A DNA stretch of 64,000 nt from Ignavibacteria bacterium. Its GTDB lineage: Bacteria; Bacteroidota; Ignavibacteria; Kapaibacteriales; Kapaibacteriaceae. Position 1 is the stretch's first letter. The number at the start of each line of letters is the position of its first letter. Positions 61,022-64,000 of the stretch are shown in pieces. The position numbers and the translations under genes were made by a program. The notes below the pieces were generated by a model that saw only the letters and a list, made by a program, of their open reading frames with translations, was not told where the DNA came from and made no database searches. The stretch covers positions 15,327 to 79,326 of the forward strand of contig CP054181.1 in NCBI GenBank assembly GCA_015709655.1, in the 5' to 3' direction.

Positions 61022-62096
61022 CCTTCTTTTTTAAGACAAGCACCGGAAGGAATAGCTCGGTAAGCACCAGAAAAAGCATTGACGGGATAATGACAAAGGG
61101 CGAAACCCTATGTTTTGTTAACGAAGATGCAACGTACACCAGTGAACTATCAGCAATCAGCCTGAGGAAGAGAAAACACCACAGCAGGATCCACATTTCA
61201 AAGACGGCCGAGATAGCAACACCCGCCCACAGTGCAATGCTGGTTGCAACAAAAAGAACAGCCTTCATGCCGAGAGCCGTACCGCCACGTACCCAACGAT
61301 GTCGCTGCTTAACATACTCCATAAAGTGACTGCAGGGCAGTGTAAGCACCGATGCTGACGGTGCGATGGCAAATCGAAGTTGGTATCCTGCATTCTTAAC
61401 AGCTTTCTGCAGGGCCATGTCTTCGGTTAAACTGAAGGCAATGGACCGGTATCCGCCCAGGTCGGTAAAGATATTCCGACGTATTGCCAGATTATTCCCA
61501 AAACAACCCAGTGCCGTTCCATTGCCAACGGCACCGGCAGCCATACTTTGAGTGTAAAGCCACTCCACCATCTGCGCCTGTTGCAGAAGACGTGAGCCTT
61601 CTACGCCGGTAATACCACTAACAAGCCCCACATCAGGACTGGAAAACTGTGCAACCATTCCCCGAACCCATCCTGCCGACACCCGGCAGTCAGCATCTGT
61701 CATTAAAACAATCTCACCGCCTGCATTATCAATACCATACTGTAATGCCCCCGGCTTGCCTCTCAGATTCGGGTTATTATCATCAACCTCTTTGTGGACA
61801 ATCCTTATTGGGTACTGTAACGCAAGGCGATTTAAACATTCGGCCGTTTTGTCAGTACTGCGATCATTTACAAAAATGTACTCAATCCGGTCCGGTGGAT
61901 AATCAGTTGTCATCAATGCTTCCACACAACGCAACAGGTTTTTATCTTCGTTTCTTGCTGGTACAACAACCGATACTGTTGGATAGGTAGAGGTATTGTT
62001 CCATCGGCGATGTTCACGGATAAAGCCAACAATAAAATACACGACCCGTGCGGTGTAAATCACTGCAAGACAAGATAAAAGAATCGCTAACGCCAT
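60990..62096 (-). CDS. Family 2 glycosyltransferase, membrane-integrated (ceramide-glucosyltransferase/HpnI-like)
   Basis: GT-A fold motifs (VVVPARNE, TDAD, QRHRW) with flanking TM helices. Its 3' end overlaps the convergent upstream gene by 32 nt. Confidence 0.7.
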   Translation of the reverse strand: MALAILLSCLAVIYTARVVYFIVGFIREHRRWNNTSTYPTVSVVVPARNEDKNLLRCVEALMTTDYPPDRIEYIFVNDRSTDKTAECLNRLALQYPIRIVHKEVDDNNPNLRGKPGALQYGIDNAGGEIVLMTDADCRVSAGWVRGMVAQFSSPDVGLVSGITGVEGSRLLQQAQMVEWLYTQSMAAGAVGNGTALGCFGNNLAIRRNIFTDLGGYRSIAFSLTEDMALQKAVKNAGYQLRFAIAPSASVLTLPCSHFMEYVKQRHRWVRGGTALGMKAVLFVATSIALWAGVAISAVFEMWILLWCFLFLRLIADSSLVYVASSLTKHRVSPFVIIPSMLFLVLTELFLPVLVLKKKVTWKNQVFRM

Positions 62097-62137
62097 AGGT
62101 ATGCGAATATAGAGACCTACTCACCAGTACGGTTGCT

Positions 62138-63511
62138 GTGGCTGAAACAACCAGAAAGACTATGACACACAAAACTGACCTCATCAACGGTCCGATTGAC
62201 TCTTCACTGCGGCTATTTTCAGTGCCATTAGCCTTTAGCTTCCTGGTTAACATGGTGTATTCGCTCATTGACCGTTTTTATGCCTCACGCCTGGGTGACA
62301 CGGCCATTGCTGCCATAGGCAGCAGTGATCAGGTAAGCTTTTTTCTCTTTACGATGGGAAGCGGACTTGCTGTAGGAACCGGCATTATTGTTTCACGACG
62401 CTTTGGTGAAGGAGCCATCAGCGAAGCAAATACAATTGCAACACAGGGAGTTGTGGGAATAACCTGTGTAGCGTTGTTGGTTACGGCAATCGTGTATGCG
62501 CTGATGCCGCATATCCCCGGGCTAATGAATATGCCCGGAGATGTTGCCGTGCATGCCCTGGCCTATATGGGGACCCTGTACTTGGGCTTTGCGGCTAACC
62601 TTGTTAGTTTTCAAATCTTTACAATCGTCAGAAGTACTGGCAATTCGGTATTTCCGATGGTTGTCCTGATATCAACAACGATTTTGAATGCAGCCATAGC
62701 CCCTTTCCTCATATTTGGCTTTGGCCCCTTCCCGAGGATGGAGCTTGCCGGTGCCGGTCTGGCAACTGCAATCGCACAAATCTGCGGGGCATCGTTTGCC
62801 GTATGGTCAGTTACCGCCGGTAAGGTAACAATAAGGTTATCACTCCGAAATTATCGTCCGGACTTCACACTGTTAAAGTCAGTTGCAAGGCTTGGGCTGC
62901 CGAGTGCAATTCAGATGCTTGCCGTAAGTGTAAACAGGGGTATCATCTTTGTGATTGTAGGGGGCTTTGGCACGTCGGTAACGGCTGCTTACACGCTTGG
63001 ACTGAATCTTGACATGATGGTTTTTATGAGTGTATTTGCTATTGGAGTGGCTGTGGAAGTGGCAACCGGACAGAATCTCGGAGCAGGGAAGCCAGAGCGC
63101 GTGGCTGCATTTCATACGTCAGCAATGAAACAAACAACAACCCTGATGCTTACCCTGGGTCTGCTGGTATGGTTGTTTGGCGAATGGTTCGCACGCTTAT
63201 ACACCCATACCCCAGAAACAGTAACAGAAGTGCTTCGATATCAGAGAAGCACGTCATTAGGGTATGCAGCATTTGCTATTGGGCTAGTCACTGTACGATC
63301 AATCAGTGGCGCAGGTGCAGCCTATACAAGTATGCTGGTAACGGTTGGGAGCTTGTTGTTTATGCAGCTTCCGTTGTGCTACGTTTTGTCTCATCAAGCC
63401 GGACTTGGGTCAAAAGGAGTATGGATGGGACTGGTCATGGGAAATTTCATTTTTGCAGGCATTGCCTTGGTTGTCCATCGTAAAGGTTCGTGGCGCTCTG
63501 CAAGAGTGTAG
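62138..63511 (+). CDS. MATE family efflux transporter
   Basis: 12-TM protein with duplicated MATE halves (SLIDRFYASRLGDTAIAAIG...). Confidence 0.75.
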   Translation: MAETTRKTMTHKTDLINGPIDSSLRLFSVPLAFSFLVNMVYSLIDRFYASRLGDTAIAAIGSSDQVSFFLFTMGSGLAVGTGIIVSRRFGEGAISEANTIATQGVVGITCVALLVTAIVYALMPHIPGLMNMPGDVAVHALAYMGTLYLGFAANLVSFQIFTIVRSTGNSVFPMVVLISTTILNAAIAPFLIFGFGPFPRMELAGAGLATAIAQICGASFAVWSVTAGKVTIRLSLRNYRPDFTLLKSVARLGLPSAIQMLAVSVNRGIIFVIVGGFGTSVTAAYTLGLNLDMMVFMSVFAIGVAVEVATGQNLGAGKPERVAAFHTSAMKQTTTLMLTLGLLVWLFGEWFARLYTHTPETVTEVLRYQRSTSLGYAAFAIGLVTVRSISGAGAAYTSMLVTVGSLLFMQLPLCYVLSHQAGLGSKGVWMGLVMGNFIFAGIALVVHRKGSWRSARV

Positions 63512-63576
63512 GGTGCACAGAAATTTCGTGCTACAATTAAACTTTTTGCACCTGGTATGCGATTATGGTGCTGAAG

Positions 63577-64000
63577 ATGACAACATTCACAACATCCACG
63601 GTAGCCGCACATCTAAGCACTGATGACGAAATCATCAGTGCCTATCGCAGTGGACAGCAGGAACAGGCAATAACGGCATTTGTACGGCTACATCAGCGGA
63701 CGGCGTATAGCACGGCACTCAGATATCTTAACTGTCCGGAAGACGCGCGCGACTGTGCTCAGGATGCATTGATAGCTGCCGTAAAATCTTTTAGTACGTT
63801 CAAAGGCGAGTCATCACTGAGATCCTGGTTGATACGAATTACACGGAATAAGGCTATCGGACTCTATCGCAGACAGCGCTGGCTTCGCTTCTTACCATTT
63901 GGCGACTCGGATACTGACCATGCCGTTATGTGTTCGTCCGAGAGTCCGTTCGACCAGCTTCATCGAAATGAATTTGAGGTATTCTTCCGGACAATACTTG
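63577..64000 (+). CDS. ECF-subfamily RNA polymerase sigma-70 factor (3' end beyond window)
   Basis: Hand-translated MTTFTTSTVAAHLSTDDEIISAYRSGQQEQAITAFVRLHQRTAYSTALRYLNCPEDARDCAQDALIAAVKSFSTFKGESSLRSWLIRITRNKAIGLYRRQR... It carries the classic sigma-70 region 2 pattern (DAxDxxQDxF...F.G.S.L.TWL.RI.RN...D..R). Not in the ORF track because it runs off the window. Confidence 0.7.
   Translation, partial: MTTFTTSTVAAHLSTDDEIISAYRSGQQEQAITAFVRLHQRTAYSTALRYLNCPEDARDCAQDALIAAVKSFSTFKGESSLRSWLIRITRNKAIGLYRRQRWLRFLPFGDSDTDHAVMCSSESPFDQLHRNEFEVFFRTIL

Noticed and set aside
1-64000. Scan for CRISPR arrays, tandem or inverted repeat families, and IS or transposase genes
   Set aside because: No spaced direct repeats, terminal inverted repeats or transposase-like ORFs were seen. 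The only repeats are the short intragenic duplication shared by the two exbD paralogs and low-complexity coding repeats (Pro-rich TonB linker, Lys/Ala HU tail).

Overview
The window is a densely coded chromosomal core region, coding on both strands with short or overlapping intergenic spacers and moderate GC by eye. It most likely comes from an FCB-group bacterium (Bacteroidota, Chlorobiota or Ignavibacteriota-like). Three clues point that way: an exbB-exbD-exbD-tonB operon with a PstS-like lipoprotein and a TPR protein, a bshA bacillithiol glycosyltransferase, and an HU protein with a Lys/Ala-rich tail. I found no CRISPR array, no IS element or integrase, no prophage genes and no recognisable defence island. 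The single tRNA (tRNA-Met, CAT) has no island attached.

Main gene blocks, in order:
- gyrA 3' end, a TonB-dependent-receptor-like outer-membrane (OM) protein and a fatty-acid CoA ligase.
- tRNA-Met, a bifunctional nuclease, etfBA, uvrA and ftsK.
- kdsA, an lptC-like gene, tpiA, a fused pgsA-pgpA gene and an HU gene with a clean rho-independent terminator.
- pyrB, carB and prmC.
- The exbB-exbD-exbD-tonB operon with a small membrane ORF, a PstS-like lipoprotein and a TPR protein.
- The canonical yceD-rpmF-plsX-fabH-fabD-fabG-acpP-fabF-rnc fatty-acid synthesis cluster.
- A 1037-aa secreted protein combining a gluzincin-like HEXXH..E module, TolB-like beta-propeller repeats and an Omp85-type barrel.
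- yigZ, bshA, an MBL hydrolase and a membrane-anchored cNMP-binding protein.
- An M20 dipeptidase, an EamA transporter, MTHFS, a secreted hypothetical and a biotinyl-domain protein.
- A five-gene Opp/Dpp-type ABC importer.
- A TraB/GumN lipoprotein head-to-head with a secreted TPR-like protein, then secG.
- An acyl-CoA carboxyltransferase coupled to a fused FAD-oxidase/Fe-S protein.
- A GT2 glycosyltransferase, a MATE exporter and the 5' part of an ECF sigma factor.

I do not see a clearly novel system. The most unusual items are the tri-modular OM protein, the PstS-like/TPR-containing TonB operon, the pgsA-pgpA fusion, and the divergent gene pair whose start codons overlap in a CCATGG palindrome. 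All protein calls rest on recognisable family motifs read from the supplied translations; nothing was searched against a database.
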